DNA of 64,000 nucleotides. It comes from an uncultured delta proteobacterium (GTDB taxonomy: Bacteria > Desulfobacterota > Binatia > Binatales > Binataceae). Location of the stretch: positions 1,888,001 to 1,952,000 of the forward strand of contig CAWJET010000001.1 in NCBI GenBank assembly GCA_963842085.1. The letters are read 5' to 3'. The translations under genes and the position numbers were made by a program. Position 1 is the first letter of the stretch, and each line of letters starts with the position of its first letter. A model generated the notes under the pieces. It saw nothing but the letters and a program-made list of their open reading frames with translations, was not told the origin of the DNA and did not search any database. Positions 36,278-49,055 of the stretch are shown piece by piece.

Positions 36278-36842
36278 GGGGCGAACTGCCGCCGCCCTCG
36301 CGTTCCTATTCGCCGCAATCCTGGCGGGATGCGGCAACCCGTCCCCGGCAAAGGCGCCGCCGCGCATTTACGCCAGCGCCGAGGAGGTCGAGCTCAACTT
36401 TCGCGATCGCACGTTCGTGCTCGGCGACAACAATCAAATCGCCGAAGTGCGCCCGCCTGCCTGGCCCAAAGACAAGTTCCTCAAGCTGCCGTTCTGGCTC
36501 GGCATCAACGTCCTCGTGCCCGGCGTGACGACGCCCAAAGAGGGCGACTTCTACGTCATTAGCGAGGCGACTCTCGAAAAGCCGCTGGACACGCCCGGCG
36601 AATGGATGATCGAAGCGGGCAGCTCGCTGGTGAAGCAGGAGACGGTGTTCGTCACGACCCGCACGCAATACTTAGCCCCCGGAAAAATTTTGCCCACCAT
36701 CGTGCAGTACGTCGGCAAGCGCGAATTCAAGCGCGCCGACGGCGAGCCGGTGCAAATCCCAGTGCTGCGCGAGGTCTCGTTGCCGATGAAATGGACGCTC
36801 GGCGGCGGCATCCCGGCGGAATACGCGAGGTACCGCACATGA
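36252..36842 (+). CDS. Hypothetical lipoprotein (paralog A)
   Basis: Lipobox LAGC; start uncertain (TTG 36252); colinear similarity to the next gene. Confidence 0.7.
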   Translation: MPPTTPLPEGRTAAALAFLFAAILAGCGNPSPAKAPPRIYASAEEVELNFRDRTFVLGDNNQIAEVRPPAWPKDKFLKLPFWLGINVLVPGVTTPKEGDFYVISEATLEKPLDTPGEWMIEAGSSLVKQETVFVTTRTQYLAPGKILPTIVQYVGKREFKRADGEPVQIPVLREVSLPMKWTLGGGIPAEYARYRT

Positions 36843-37462
36843 TTCGCGGCGGCCGGCCGATTCTCATCGCAATCGCGCTGACGCTCATGGCGCTCGCCGC
36901 CGGATGCACTCCCGACAAGGCGCTCGACTTCGGACCGGTCGGCGAGATCAACACGCCGCCCGAGGATCAGATGAGCCGCGATATCATGCGCGATTTCGCC
37001 GGCCGCGATTTCATCCTCGCCAACAACGATCACGAGGCGCACGTCAGCCTCACCGACTGGAAGCCGGGCCGCCGCATCATCATGCCGTACTGGCTCGGCG
37101 TGAATCCGCTCTACCCCGGCTTTCTGCGCCCGACTGTCGGACATCTATATGTGATGAGCCAATCGACGCTGGTCCGCCCGCTCTCGAACAACGAGTACCT
37201 GATTCGCGCCGGGTCGAAACTCTTCAAGAGCGACACGCTCTTCGAAGCGACGCGCACGCGCTACCTGGATACCGGCGGGATGCTGCCGACCGTGGTCCGC
37301 TTCGTAGGCACGCGCGTAATCACGGTGCCAAAAGACGCGCCCGCCACCGGAACGATCACGGAAAAGGTCCCGGTGCTGCGCGAAGTGTCGATGCCCATGC
37401 ACACAACGCCGGACGAGGACCTAACAGGCTACGCGAAATTCGAAGCAGTCAATGCGAAGTGA
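36839..37462 (+). CDS. Hypothetical lipoprotein (paralog B)
   Basis: MIRGGRPILIAIALTLMALAAGC lipobox; ATGA overlap with paralog A. Confidence 0.75.
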   Translation: MIRGGRPILIAIALTLMALAAGCTPDKALDFGPVGEINTPPEDQMSRDIMRDFAGRDFILANNDHEAHVSLTDWKPGRRIIMPYWLGVNPLYPGFLRPTVGHLYVMSQSTLVRPLSNNEYLIRAGSKLFKSDTLFEATRTRYLDTGGMLPTVVRFVGTRVITVPKDAPATGTITEKVPVLREVSMPMHTTPDEDLTGYAKFEAVNAK

Positions 37463-37486
37463 AAATCCGTCGGAGGACTATCCCGC

Positions 37487-37909
<423 letters not shown>

Positions 37910-37914
37910 CGTTA

Positions 37915-39912
37915 CTACTCTTCTGACTCCTGCAGGGTCGCGGTTTGAAGAAGCTCTGCCGGCACATCTTCCAGAAAACGCGACACGCGGCCCATCACGA
38001 AGCCGAAGCTGCGGTCGAACATGTGGATCGGATACGACAGGTACAGCTCGTCGCGCGCGCGCGTGCTCGCGACGTACATGAGCCGCCGCTCCTCCTCGAT
38101 TTCGTCGTCGCCCACGCTTTGCGGCCCCGGGAAGCGCCCGTCGGCCGCCCAGATCAGGAAGACCACCTTCCATTCGAGTCCTTTGGCGGAGTGGATCGTG
38201 CTGAGCGTCATGTACTCGTCGTCCGAATCCGTCGCGAGCACGCCGTCGAGCGAGTCGCTCGGCGGCTCGAGCGCCATGTCCGACAGCATCTGCTCGAGGC
38301 TTTTGTAACGCTCAGTGAGATTCTGAAAATGCTCGAGGTCGCGCTCGCGTTTCGGATAGTCGTCAGCATACGCCTCGCGCATCACGGGCAGATAGTATTC
38401 CAGCGTCATCGCGATTTGCTCGGGCGGCCGTTTCTCACCGCTGCGCAATTCCGCCAGCAGCGCACCCAGCCGCTTGAGGCCGCCATCCGCACCGCCGCGC
38501 GCCGTCTCCGCAAACTTCGCGATTGCCGCCGCTGGATCGTCGGATGCCACCAGCACGTCGATCGTTCGCTCCGCCGTGCGATGACCGATGCCCTTGACCA
38601 GCGTGAGCACGCGCAGCCACGACACGGCGTCCGCCGGATTCGCGATGACCCGCAGATGCGCCAGCACGTCCTTGATGTGCGCGGTTTCGATAAACTTGAA
38701 GCCGCCGCGCTTGATGAACGGGATGTCGCGGCGCTGCAGCTCGAGTTCCAGATCGAACGAGTGAAAACTCGAACGGAACAGCACCGCGATCTCGCCGAGC
38801 TCGACGCCCTCCTCGCGCAGCTCCAGGATGCGCTGTGCGACGAATCGCGACTGCATGTGCTCGTCCTGCGCGCGCACCAGGAACGGCCGAAAGCCGCCCT
38901 CGCGATCCGTGAACAGCGCCTTGGTGTATTTTTCACCCGCGCGGGAGATCACATCATTTGCTACATCCAGAATTCCCTGGATCGAGCGGTAGTTCTGTTC
39001 GAGCTTCACGACTTTCGCGCCGGGAAAAATCGCCGGGAAGTCCATGATGTTGCGGAAGTTGGCGCCGCGAAACGAATAGATCGACTGCGCGTCGTCGCCG
39101 ACCGCCATCACGTTGCGATGATTCATCGCAAGCAGCCGCACCAGGTCGGCCTGAATCAGGTTGGTGTCCTGGTACTCGTCGATCATGATGTAGCGATAGC
39201 TGTCCGACAGCCGGCGCCGCACGTTCTCATGCTGTTCGAGCAGCTCGGCCAGCCGATACAGCAGGTCGTCGTAGTCGAGCAGGGCGCGCTCGCGCTTGTA
39301 GCTCTCGTAATTCTTCGCGAGCTCGAGAATTTCGGTCTGATGCTCGCCGAGATGCGGAAAGTCGAGCTCGATTTCCTCTTCCAGCGCGCGCCGCTTGTTG
39401 CGCGCCATGCTGATCGCCTCGGCGATCGTGCTCTTCTTCGGAAACCGCCGCTCGCGCGACGCGAGTCCCATCCGCGTCCGGAGCAGGTTGACCACGTCTT
39501 CCATATCGGAGCGATCGAGAATCGTGAAGTTGGGCTTGAGGCCGATCGGCGCGCCCATCCGGCGCAACACATTGTTGGCGAAGGAATGAAACGTGCCGCC
39601 GGCAACTGCGCCCGCGCGGTCTCCCACCAGTTGCTCTGCCCGGCGCAGCATCTCCTGCGCGGCGCGCCGCGTGAACGTCAGCAGCAGGATCGCGCCGGGA
39701 GGCACGCCGCTCTCGATCAGCCGCGCGACGCGATAGATCAGCGTGCGAGTCTTGCCCGAGCCCGCCCCCGCCACGACCAGCAGCGGGCCGTCGCGATGCG
39801 TGACGGCGGCGAGCTGCGCGGGATTGAGCAGCTCGGCGTACTTGATCTTGAAGTTGCGCTCGTCGGCCGGCGATGCCGGCTTTTCGCGCAGGTAAATTAC
39901 CTTGTCGGCCAC
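37915..39912 (-). CDS. UvrD/PcrA-like SF1 ATP-dependent helicase
   Basis: AGAGSGKT, TFH, DEYQD, VGDDAQSIYSFRGA, QNYRS, TIHSAKGLEW, EERRLMYVA. Confidence 0.93.
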   Translation of the reverse strand: MADKVIYLREKPASPADERNFKIKYAELLNPAQLAAVTHRDGPLLVVAGAGSGKTRTLIYRVARLIESGVPPGAILLLTFTRRAAQEMLRRAEQLVGDRAGAVAGGTFHSFANNVLRRMGAPIGLKPNFTILDRSDMEDVVNLLRTRMGLASRERRFPKKSTIAEAISMARNKRRALEEEIELDFPHLGEHQTEILELAKNYESYKRERALLDYDDLLYRLAELLEQHENVRRRLSDSYRYIMIDEYQDTNLIQADLVRLLAMNHRNVMAVGDDAQSIYSFRGANFRNIMDFPAIFPGAKVVKLEQNYRSIQGILDVANDVISRAGEKYTKALFTDREGGFRPFLVRAQDEHMQSRFVAQRILELREEGVELGEIAVLFRSSFHSFDLELELQRRDIPFIKRGGFKFIETAHIKDVLAHLRVIANPADAVSWLRVLTLVKGIGHRTAERTIDVLVASDDPAAAIAKFAETARGGADGGLKRLGALLAELRSGEKRPPEQIAMTLEYYLPVMREAYADDYPKRERDLEHFQNLTERYKSLEQMLSDMALEPPSDSLDGVLATDSDDEYMTLSTIHSAKGLEWKVVFLIWAADGRFPGPQSVGDDEIEEERRLMYVASTRARDELYLSYPIHMFDRSFGFVMGRVSRFLEDVPAELLQTATLQESEE

Positions 39913-39965
39913 GTCGAGCGCGATCCTACCACGCCGCGCGCCGCAAGTTGCGATGCCACGATGCG

Positions 39966-40439
39966 CTACGGCAGCATCGGCCCGCTTCCCGCGGGCGGGG
40001 TCTGGCCACCGTTCTTGTAAATACCCTGCATCGTCTTGTTCCACAGTTGATCGGGGCTGTTGAGCGAAGGCGATTGCGAGCCTGCCACCGCTGCTGAACC
40101 CTGCGGCGCCGAGCGCATATCTTCCACCTGCGGATCGAGCAGGATCTGGTCAACCATGCTGACGCTCGGATCGTTCAGGTACGCGGTCGCGATTCGTTCC
40201 GCGTCGTTGCGCCCGAACTGCGTCGCCACGAACCCGGTGAGTATCAACTGCTTGCTGCCGCCCGGGGAGGTCGAAAACTGCGCGGTAACCATCGGCAGAT
40301 CGTTCATATGCAGATACTTCGTGAGCGCGTCGCTGGTGCCCTGATCGATCACGTAATTCTGCGCCCGCGCGATGCCGCACGTCGCGAGCATCATGACGAT
40401 CGCCGCGACTGCCGCGGTTGCTCTAGCCTTCAAGTGCAT
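39966..40439 (-). CDS. Exported hypothetical protein with a BON-like domain
   Basis: Signal peptide ending ARA-Q; LILTGFV..DAERIA..VDQILL pattern. Confidence 0.6.
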   Translation of the reverse strand: MHLKARATAAVAAIVMMLATCGIARAQNYVIDQGTSDALTKYLHMNDLPMVTAQFSTSPGGSKQLILTGFVATQFGRNDAERIATAYLNDPSVSMVDQILLDPQVEDMRSAPQGSAAVAGSQSPSLNSPDQLWNKTMQGIYKNGGQTPPAGSGPMLP

Positions 40440-40548
40440 TCGTCGCAACACCATACACCTGATCGAACGCGGTGTCGCGACGCAATCGGAAAAAGAGAGC
40501 GGGCGCCCATCTGCGACGCCCGCGCCTCTTTGTCCTTGCGATCATAAG

Positions 40549-41580
40549 TTAGGGAACTTGGATCTGCTGAATCTGTGCTTCCTCCTTCTGCACGACTTCA
40601 GCCGGAACGGGGGCGTATTGCAGCGACGGCGCCAGGGTTTGGCCCTCGCTTAACGCCCAATGCAGGAACTTCACGATCTGCTCGCCGATCTCCTTGTTGG
40701 TCTGCTTCTGATAAACGAGCAGATAGGTAAACGAAGATATCGGATACGCCTCCGCGCCTGGCGCATCAGTGATCGACACGCGGAAGTCGGCCGGCATGTT
40801 GCCCGCTACAGATGCGGCCGCAGCGGTCACCCCTGCCAGGCTGGCCTTCACCCAGTTGCCCGCCTTGTTCTGCAATTCAGCGAACGGGATGTGGTTGTTG
40901 AGCGCGTAGATCAACTCGATGTATCCAATCGCTCCCGGCGTTTGCTCGACCAGCGCCGTCACGCCTTCGTTGCCTTTGCCGCCGAGTCCGACCGGCCACT
41001 TAACCGAGGTTCCCTTGCCCACATCCGATGCCCAGGTTGGGCTGACCTTCGACAAGTAGTCGACAAAGATGTAGGTCGTGCCGCTGCCGTCAGAACGATG
41101 GCATACGACGATGTCCTGCGACGGGATCGCAGCGCCGGGATTCAGCGCCCTGATCTTCTCGTCATCCCACTTGGTTATCTTGCCCAAAAAAATATCCGCG
41201 ATTACAGGACCCGTCAGGCGCAGCGTGCCGGTGAATCCGGGTAGGTTATATGCGAGCACGTCCGCCCCCATCACGCTTGGAAAGTGAAAAATTTTCCCCG
41301 GCGCTTCGGAAAGCTGTTGATCGGACAACGGAGCGTCGCTCGCACCAACATCGACGGTCCGATTAGAGAGCATCCGGATGCCGCCACCCGAGCCGATCGA
41401 TTGGTAGTTGAACTTGATGCCCGGATTTTCCTTCGCGTAAACGTCGAACCACTTGGAATAGATCGGGTACGGGAACGTCGCGCCGGCGCCATTGATTAAC
41501 AGAGCGGCATATCCGGAGCGGCCGATCCGCGCGAACGCCAAAAGGATGAAAAGGGCCAGAATTAGTCGTCGTTTCAGCAT
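40549..41580 (-). CDS. pstS: Phosphate ABC transporter substrate-binding protein
   Basis: GAGATFPYP, YQSIGSGGG, GASDAP, HRSDGSGTT, GKGNEGV, YPISSFTY. Confidence 0.95.
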   Translation of the reverse strand: MLKRRLILALFILLAFARIGRSGYAALLINGAGATFPYPIYSKWFDVYAKENPGIKFNYQSIGSGGGIRMLSNRTVDVGASDAPLSDQQLSEAPGKIFHFPSVMGADVLAYNLPGFTGTLRLTGPVIADIFLGKITKWDDEKIRALNPGAAIPSQDIVVCHRSDGSGTTYIFVDYLSKVSPTWASDVGKGTSVKWPVGLGGKGNEGVTALVEQTPGAIGYIELIYALNNHIPFAELQNKAGNWVKASLAGVTAAAASVAGNMPADFRVSITDAPGAEAYPISSFTYLLVYQKQTNKEIGEQIVKFLHWALSEGQTLAPSLQYAPVPAEVVQKEEAQIQQIQVP

Positions 41581-41640
41581 CTTTTGAACTTTGCCTCGAA
41601 GTTAGTTGCGTCCGTTCGCGGATCTATGTGCGGCGCGAAA

Positions 41641-41696
41641 ACGGTATGCATTGCATATTAAGAGAGGATGAACCGGGCGTGTCAGCCGGTTGAATT
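41641..41696 (-). promoter_or_regulatory. Putative Pho box and -10 element upstream of pstS
   Basis: Minus strand AATTCAA-N4-CTGACAC-N4-GGTTCAT-N4-TCTTAAT-N10-TACCGT (11-bp period). Confidence 0.6.
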
Positions 41697-41807
41697 GTCC
41701 GCTGGGAGCCGGATTCCCGTGCATAGTCGCGTTTCGGCTCGATCGTTTGCTTTTCCCGCCCCGGCTCAACGACAATCCAATACTCAAAGCCGCGCCCGGC
41801 AATTTCA

Positions 41808-44126
41808 ATGAGTAAATCACTCGACGGGATTAATATCGTTGAATTCGATTCCAACCTTGGCGCCGCTTACGCCGCGATGCTGCTGGCGGAAAACGGCGCG
41901 CGCGCCATCAAGATCGAGCCGCCCGGCGGTTCGCGCGAGCGCGGCACGCCGCACTTCCACGTCCTGAACCGCTCCAAATGTGCGCTCGAGCTGGACCTCG
42001 ACGATCCCGCATCGCAAGCCCGCGTCGCGGACCTCGTTCGATGGGCCGACATCGTCGTCACCGGCTTCACACCGGCCCGCCTGCGGCAACTGAAACTCGA
42101 TCCGGAATCGATTCGCCGCGTAAATCCGCGCGCGATTGCGCTCGGCGTGCCTCCGCTCGGCAGCCGCGGCCCGGACGCCGACTTCGACGCGAATGACGAT
42201 TTGGTCACTGCGCGCGGCGGAATCACCGGCAGCCAGTGGGCGCGCAGCGGCGATCCCGTCGCCCTGGTTTTTCCGGCGGCGAGTTATTCGGCGGGCGTGA
42301 TGGCAGCGACGGCGGCGGTCGCCGCGATCCTGGCGCGCGGCGCGGACGGAGCGGGCGATGCGGTCGAAGTCTCGCTCCTGGCCGGCGCGTTCTCGCTCCA
42401 CACCGGCGCAATCCTGCGCCACGAAAAAATGACCAACCTCTATCACGGGCCGCAGGATCCGCTCGGCCCGATCCCGGTCTATCGGTTGTTCGAGGCCGCC
42501 GACGGCAAGTACCTGTTTGCCGCATGCGGCAACGCGACCTTCTGGGGCAAGTTCGCGATCGCGATCGAGCGCCCCGACCTGGTCAGCGACCCGCGTTTCG
42601 AAAATGCCCCGTGGGGAATCCCGGCCGAGCACTGGCAGCCGCTCAAGGACATCATCGAGCCGATCATCCGCACGCGCACGCGCGACGAATGGCTGAGCAT
42701 CTTGCGCGAGTCCGACGTCCCGTGCGCCCCGGTGATGTCTCGCCGCGAGTTCATCGAGCACCCGCAGACGCGCGCGCTCGCGATGCGCGCTGAAATCGAC
42801 GACCCCGCCCTCGGCCGCACGATTCAGATGGGCCTGCCGGTGTTCCTGAACGACACTCCCGGCGAAATTACCGGTCCCGCGCCTGCGGTCGGCGACGCTC
42901 GCGTCGCATTGCAATGGCTCCAGGAGCCAGCGCACGACACGTCGCCGGCAAAAGATGTGCGCCGCGGTGAACGGCCTCCACTCGATGGCGTCACCGTGCT
43001 CGACTTCGCCAGCTACATCGCTGGTTCGTACGGCCCGATGATACTCGCGCAACTCGGCGCCGAGGTTATCAAGATCGAGAGCCTCGAGGGCGATTCGTTT
43101 CGCCATTTCGGCTTCGGTTTTCTCGGTTGGAACCAGGGCAAGCGCGGCATCTCGGTCAATCTCGCGACCGCGGAAGGCCGCGAGATCATTCATGGGCTCG
43201 CGGACAAGGCCGATATCGTGGTCGAGAATCTGCGCCCCGGCCGGATGCGCAAATTCGGCTTCGATTACGAGACTCTTGCGGCGCGCAACCCGCGCATCAT
43301 CTATATGTCGGTCAACGCGTTCGGAAATCGCGGGCCCGAGCATAACCAGCCCGGTTTCGATCCGCTGCTGCAGGCACGATCGGGCGTGATGGCGGCGCAG
43401 GGTGGCCACCATGGGCATCCGGTGTACCTGACGTGCGCGATTTGCGATTACGGCGCGGCAATGCTCTCCGCGTTCGGATGCGTGCTGGCGCTGTGCGCAC
43501 GCGAACGCACAGGACGCGGCCAATTTTGCGAGACCTCGCTGTTGCAATCCGCGATGGCCTTCCAGGCGGGAGAGTTTGCGTTCTATCCGGGACGGCCCGA
43601 CTTGGAAAATGGCGGCGCGGAGAATCGCGGGTGCTCCGCCCTGTCGCGAGCCTATCAATGTCGCGACGGCGAATGGCTATTCATCTCGCTAGCGGATGAA
43701 ACTCAATGGAAGGCGCTAATGACTATTCTGCCGGGCCTGCCGAATAGCAACTGGGATGCGGCCGCGACGGAACCGAACGAAGGCGCGCTCGCGGCGGCGC
43801 TGGCGGAACAATTTGCCATGCTCGAGCGCGACGACGCTCTCGCGGCGCTCAAGAAATCCGCCATCCCGGCGACGCGGGTAAATCATATCCGTGAATTGTT
43901 CGACGATCCGCAGGTCCTTGCCAACGACCTGATCGCCGAGTTGTCTCATTCGCAATGGGGCCGCGTTAAGCAAACCGGATTGCTGACGAAGTTTTCAGCG
44001 ACCCCCGGCATGATCGAGCGCGCCGCGCCGCTGCTCGGCGAGCACACCGACGAGATCCTCCGCGAGTACCTCGGCTACTCGCCCGACCGAATCGCCACGC
44101 TGCGCGCCGCCGGCATCGTCAAGTGA
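41808..44126 (+). CDS. Class III CoA-transferase (CaiB/BaiF), tandem two-domain fusion
   Basis: Two repeats of LDG..V....GA..IKIE..NxxK; C-terminal APLLGEHTDEIL. Confidence 0.9.
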   Translation: MSKSLDGINIVEFDSNLGAAYAAMLLAENGARAIKIEPPGGSRERGTPHFHVLNRSKCALELDLDDPASQARVADLVRWADIVVTGFTPARLRQLKLDPESIRRVNPRAIALGVPPLGSRGPDADFDANDDLVTARGGITGSQWARSGDPVALVFPAASYSAGVMAATAAVAAILARGADGAGDAVEVSLLAGAFSLHTGAILRHEKMTNLYHGPQDPLGPIPVYRLFEAADGKYLFAACGNATFWGKFAIAIERPDLVSDPRFENAPWGIPAEHWQPLKDIIEPIIRTRTRDEWLSILRESDVPCAPVMSRREFIEHPQTRALAMRAEIDDPALGRTIQMGLPVFLNDTPGEITGPAPAVGDARVALQWLQEPAHDTSPAKDVRRGERPPLDGVTVLDFASYIAGSYGPMILAQLGAEVIKIESLEGDSFRHFGFGFLGWNQGKRGISVNLATAEGREIIHGLADKADIVVENLRPGRMRKFGFDYETLAARNPRIIYMSVNAFGNRGPEHNQPGFDPLLQARSGVMAAQGGHHGHPVYLTCAICDYGAAMLSAFGCVLALCARERTGRGQFCETSLLQSAMAFQAGEFAFYPGRPDLENGGAENRGCSALSRAYQCRDGEWLFISLADETQWKALMTILPGLPNSNWDAAATEPNEGALAAALAEQFAMLERDDALAALKKSAIPATRVNHIRELFDDPQVLANDLIAELSHSQWGRVKQTGLLTKFSATPGMIERAAPLLGEHTDEILREYLGYSPDRIATLRAAGIVK

Positions 44127-44129
44127 TCG

Positions 44130-44693
44130 ATGGATCCTGAGGCGGCTGCCGTCATCGCTCCACATCTGCTCGCGCGCGAGGAGCTGCTCTGGTGCGGACG
44201 CCCGCATGATACGACCGCGCTTCGATGGCGCGCCGGCGCGATCGTCCTGGTCGGAATCGCGGCGCTGGTGATGCGTGCGTTGCCGCTCGACTCCAGTCTT
44301 GCCGAGCGTGCCGACACCAATTCAATTCTGCTGGCAGTGTTGGTCGGGGTGCTCATCGCGGAAGCGATCGTGTTCCACTGGTATCTGTCGAACACGTTTT
44401 ACGGTGTCACCAATCAACGCGTGATAATCGTGTCGGGATTGAGAGAGCGCGAGATGGTGGCGGCTCTGCTCGACCGGCTGAACACTCCGCAACTACGCCT
44501 GCGGCGCATCCACCGCGACATAGAATTGCGCGCGCCCGGTGACCAGGGCTTTCAATTGAGATACCTGCCGTTCACGAACCCTTCTGTCCCGCCGGATTGG
44601 ATTGGATCGCCCGAGTGCTACCGCCTGATCGCGCTTGACGGCGCAGTTCGAGTGTACGACTTGATCGCCGAATCGGCGCGCAAGCTGGAATAG
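44130..44693 (+). CDS. Hypothetical membrane protein (bacterial PH-like domain)
   Basis: EELLWCGRP, two TM, YGVTNQRVII. Confidence 0.6.
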   Translation: MDPEAAAVIAPHLLAREELLWCGRPHDTTALRWRAGAIVLVGIAALVMRALPLDSSLAERADTNSILLAVLVGVLIAEAIVFHWYLSNTFYGVTNQRVIIVSGLREREMVAALLDRLNTPQLRLRRIHRDIELRAPGDQGFQLRYLPFTNPSVPPDWIGSPECYRLIALDGAVRVYDLIAESARKLE

Positions 44694-44712
44694 TCAGATC
44701 CAGCGGAGCGCT

Positions 44713-45810
44713 CTATACGATCCGCAGATAGTCCGGCGATGGCAGCGGCGGGAATTTTGCCGCGGGCAAAGTCTGGTACCAGTACGCCACCGACGCGATG
44801 TCGTCCTGCAGCGGCAGGAACTCCGCGCCCTTGCGCGGATCGCTCATCCATCCGAGCGCCTGGATCGTCACCCGCAGATCGCGCTTGAACCTCACCGGAT
44901 CGGCGATATGCCAGCGGTACATTCCGAATCTCTGCTGCGACGCGTACAGCCCGTCGGGCCGAATGACTTGCGGCAAACCCGCGTAGGGCGTCGTGAACTC
45001 GCGATAGCCGCCGTTTTCCTTGCCCACGTCGAAGTTGTACGAGCCGCAGAAATAATCCTCGGTGCCGGTGCCGCAGATCGTGGGAAACTCCGCGTCGCCG
45101 TCGATGAAAAACTTTATCTCGCCCTCGCCCCACCATCCGCTGTTATGAACGCCCCACGCCATGTAGGTGCCGACGTATTGCCCGCGCCCCGTAACTCCGT
45201 CGAGGATTGTGTAAACCTCCTTGTACGGGATCGGATTCACGCGCCGGAACTGCGCGTGGAAGTACGCAGCATCAGTAGGTACTTCAGTTAGTACATAGTT
45301 GATTTGATAGAATAGTATCATTGCCGTGTCCGCAGTATTGGTCATGGTAATCAGGCAGCGCTTGCGAAACGGCATTTCCCAATAGCAATTGAACGCGCTG
45401 CCGGGATTCACACACACCGCCAGCGACGAAACCTGCGCGTACTTGTTCCATCCGCACGCGAAAAAATCGCCGACCGGGCATTCCACCGACGGCTCCGGCG
45501 ACCCGTCCCAGTAAATTCTCAAGATGCTCGAGCGCCACGGTCCCGTCGGCGTCATCCAGATTTGCGCGATCGCGCCTGCGCCCGCGATATCGGCCAGCAC
45601 TTTCACTTCATCGGGCTCGATGACGACGTACGGCGCGACCTTCCATCCGCGGCCCAGCTTGCGCGCCGGACTCTTGGCCGGGTCGGGGATCGCCATTGCC
45701 CCCTTGCCTTTTTCGCCGGTTGGATTTTCGGGACTTATCGAGCGGCTCTCGGCCGTCGAAAGAATCGCGAGCTTGCCCAGGTGCATGCCGAGTCCGTTGA
45801 ACGATGCCAT
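44713..45810 (-). CDS. DUF2961 / glycoside hydrolase family 172 protein
   Basis: SISPENPTGEKG, NCYWEMPF, WWGEGE, GTGTEDYF, DDIASVAYWYQ. Confidence 0.9.
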   Translation of the reverse strand: MASFNGLGMHLGKLAILSTAESRSISPENPTGEKGKGAMAIPDPAKSPARKLGRGWKVAPYVVIEPDEVKVLADIAGAGAIAQIWMTPTGPWRSSILRIYWDGSPEPSVECPVGDFFACGWNKYAQVSSLAVCVNPGSAFNCYWEMPFRKRCLITMTNTADTAMILFYQINYVLTEVPTDAAYFHAQFRRVNPIPYKEVYTILDGVTGRGQYVGTYMAWGVHNSGWWGEGEIKFFIDGDAEFPTICGTGTEDYFCGSYNFDVGKENGGYREFTTPYAGLPQVIRPDGLYASQQRFGMYRWHIADPVRFKRDLRVTIQALGWMSDPRKGAEFLPLQDDIASVAYWYQTLPAAKFPPLPSPDYLRIV

Positions 45811-45883
45811 CGTGTGCGCCTCCTTATGACGGGCCGCGCAATTCTAGTCCGGTCGGCTCGCAACGCGGAAGGATTTCAGCGGC

Positions 45884-46855
45884 TTACAGTTCGAGGTCGA
45901 CGGTCACGAAATCGTGATCGGAAACGCGACGCATCAGAATCGGCGATCGCGGCGCTACGACCGCCGCCGTTCCAGCGATCGGACGGAGCTCGCGGACCGC
46001 GAGCCAATCGAGTTTTGGCCTCATCGATCGCGGGATCAGTCCGGAGAAGGTGAAAGTCGGGCGATTGGCGGCGTTGGCGCCTTCGATCTCAAGTCCACTC
46101 TCTCGTAGATGATCGAACAACGGCTCGTATGCCTGCGGCGCATGGAACCTCTTCGGATTCCAGATCATTTGCCGCGCCGCCGCCAACAGCAACCGCCGGC
46201 TCGACAGCTCAGTGGTAGTAGTATTCAGGTCGCCGCCGAAAATCGCCCGGCCCGCAGCCGGGAACGATTCCAGGTAAGTCGCGATCTGGCGCGCGCGCTC
46301 GGCCGGCGTGCAGCGGCTGTGCAGATGCGCAACGCCGACGGTCAACTCTTCGCCGCCGAATTTCACCCGGGTGACGATTCCGGTTGGCGTACCCATGCGC
46401 GTCCAGTGCCCCCGGCTTCTGGGCCATGCCATGGGCGTGGCCGGTTTGTGCATCGCGACGGCGGCCACGTCCTCGAACGGCGCGGCGCTCAGGATCGCAT
46501 TGCCCATGTACGAGACGATTTCGCCGCCATGCCGGGGTGCCAGACCGTACTCGGGAACGTACGCGCAGCTCAGCTCGAGCATCTCGCCTAGTTGGGCCGC
46601 GACGTCGCGGCCCTGCGACCGCTTCTTTCCCGCACTTGAGTTGATCTCGCACAGCAGGACCAGGTCGGCGCCGTGCAGCGGCGGACGTTTCAGACATGCG
46701 GCGATCTCGCGCAAGCGCCGGCCGCCGGCCGCGTTGAGCAGCACGACACGCAGGCGCGATCTCGCGCCGCGCGCCGCACGATTCACGACGATTGGCGGAA
46801 AATGCGGCGCCGGCTTTGCGCCACCAGGAGTGCTGAGGTCGCGCGCGCGGTCCAT
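45884..46855 (-). CDS. Endonuclease/exonuclease/phosphatase family protein
   Basis: LCEI, GNAILS, AHL, GGDLN, LDW, SDH. Confidence 0.85.
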   Translation of the reverse strand: MDRARDLSTPGGAKPAPHFPPIVVNRAARGARSRLRVVLLNAAGGRRLREIAACLKRPPLHGADLVLLCEINSSAGKKRSQGRDVAAQLGEMLELSCAYVPEYGLAPRHGGEIVSYMGNAILSAAPFEDVAAVAMHKPATPMAWPRSRGHWTRMGTPTGIVTRVKFGGEELTVGVAHLHSRCTPAERARQIATYLESFPAAGRAIFGGDLNTTTTELSSRRLLLAAARQMIWNPKRFHAPQAYEPLFDHLRESGLEIEGANAANRPTFTFSGLIPRSMRPKLDWLAVRELRPIAGTAAVVAPRSPILMRRVSDHDFVTVDLEL

Positions 46856-46864
46856 CGCCCCGAG

Positions 46865-48952
<2,088 letters not shown>

Positions 48953-49055
48953 GAGTCTCGCTTCATCCTATCTGCCTCCCTGCGGTCTGTCATTCCGATC
49001 GAGGTAATTCCGCCGTATGGCACAGCGGCGAGCGCGCCAGTTACAATTCGGTGCT

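Noticed and set aside
37945-40020. Long antisense ORFs (also 46673-48901, 41817-43658, 22051-23415, 52324-53631)
   Set aside because: Stop-poor shadow frames typical of high-GC genes, with no recognisable motifs
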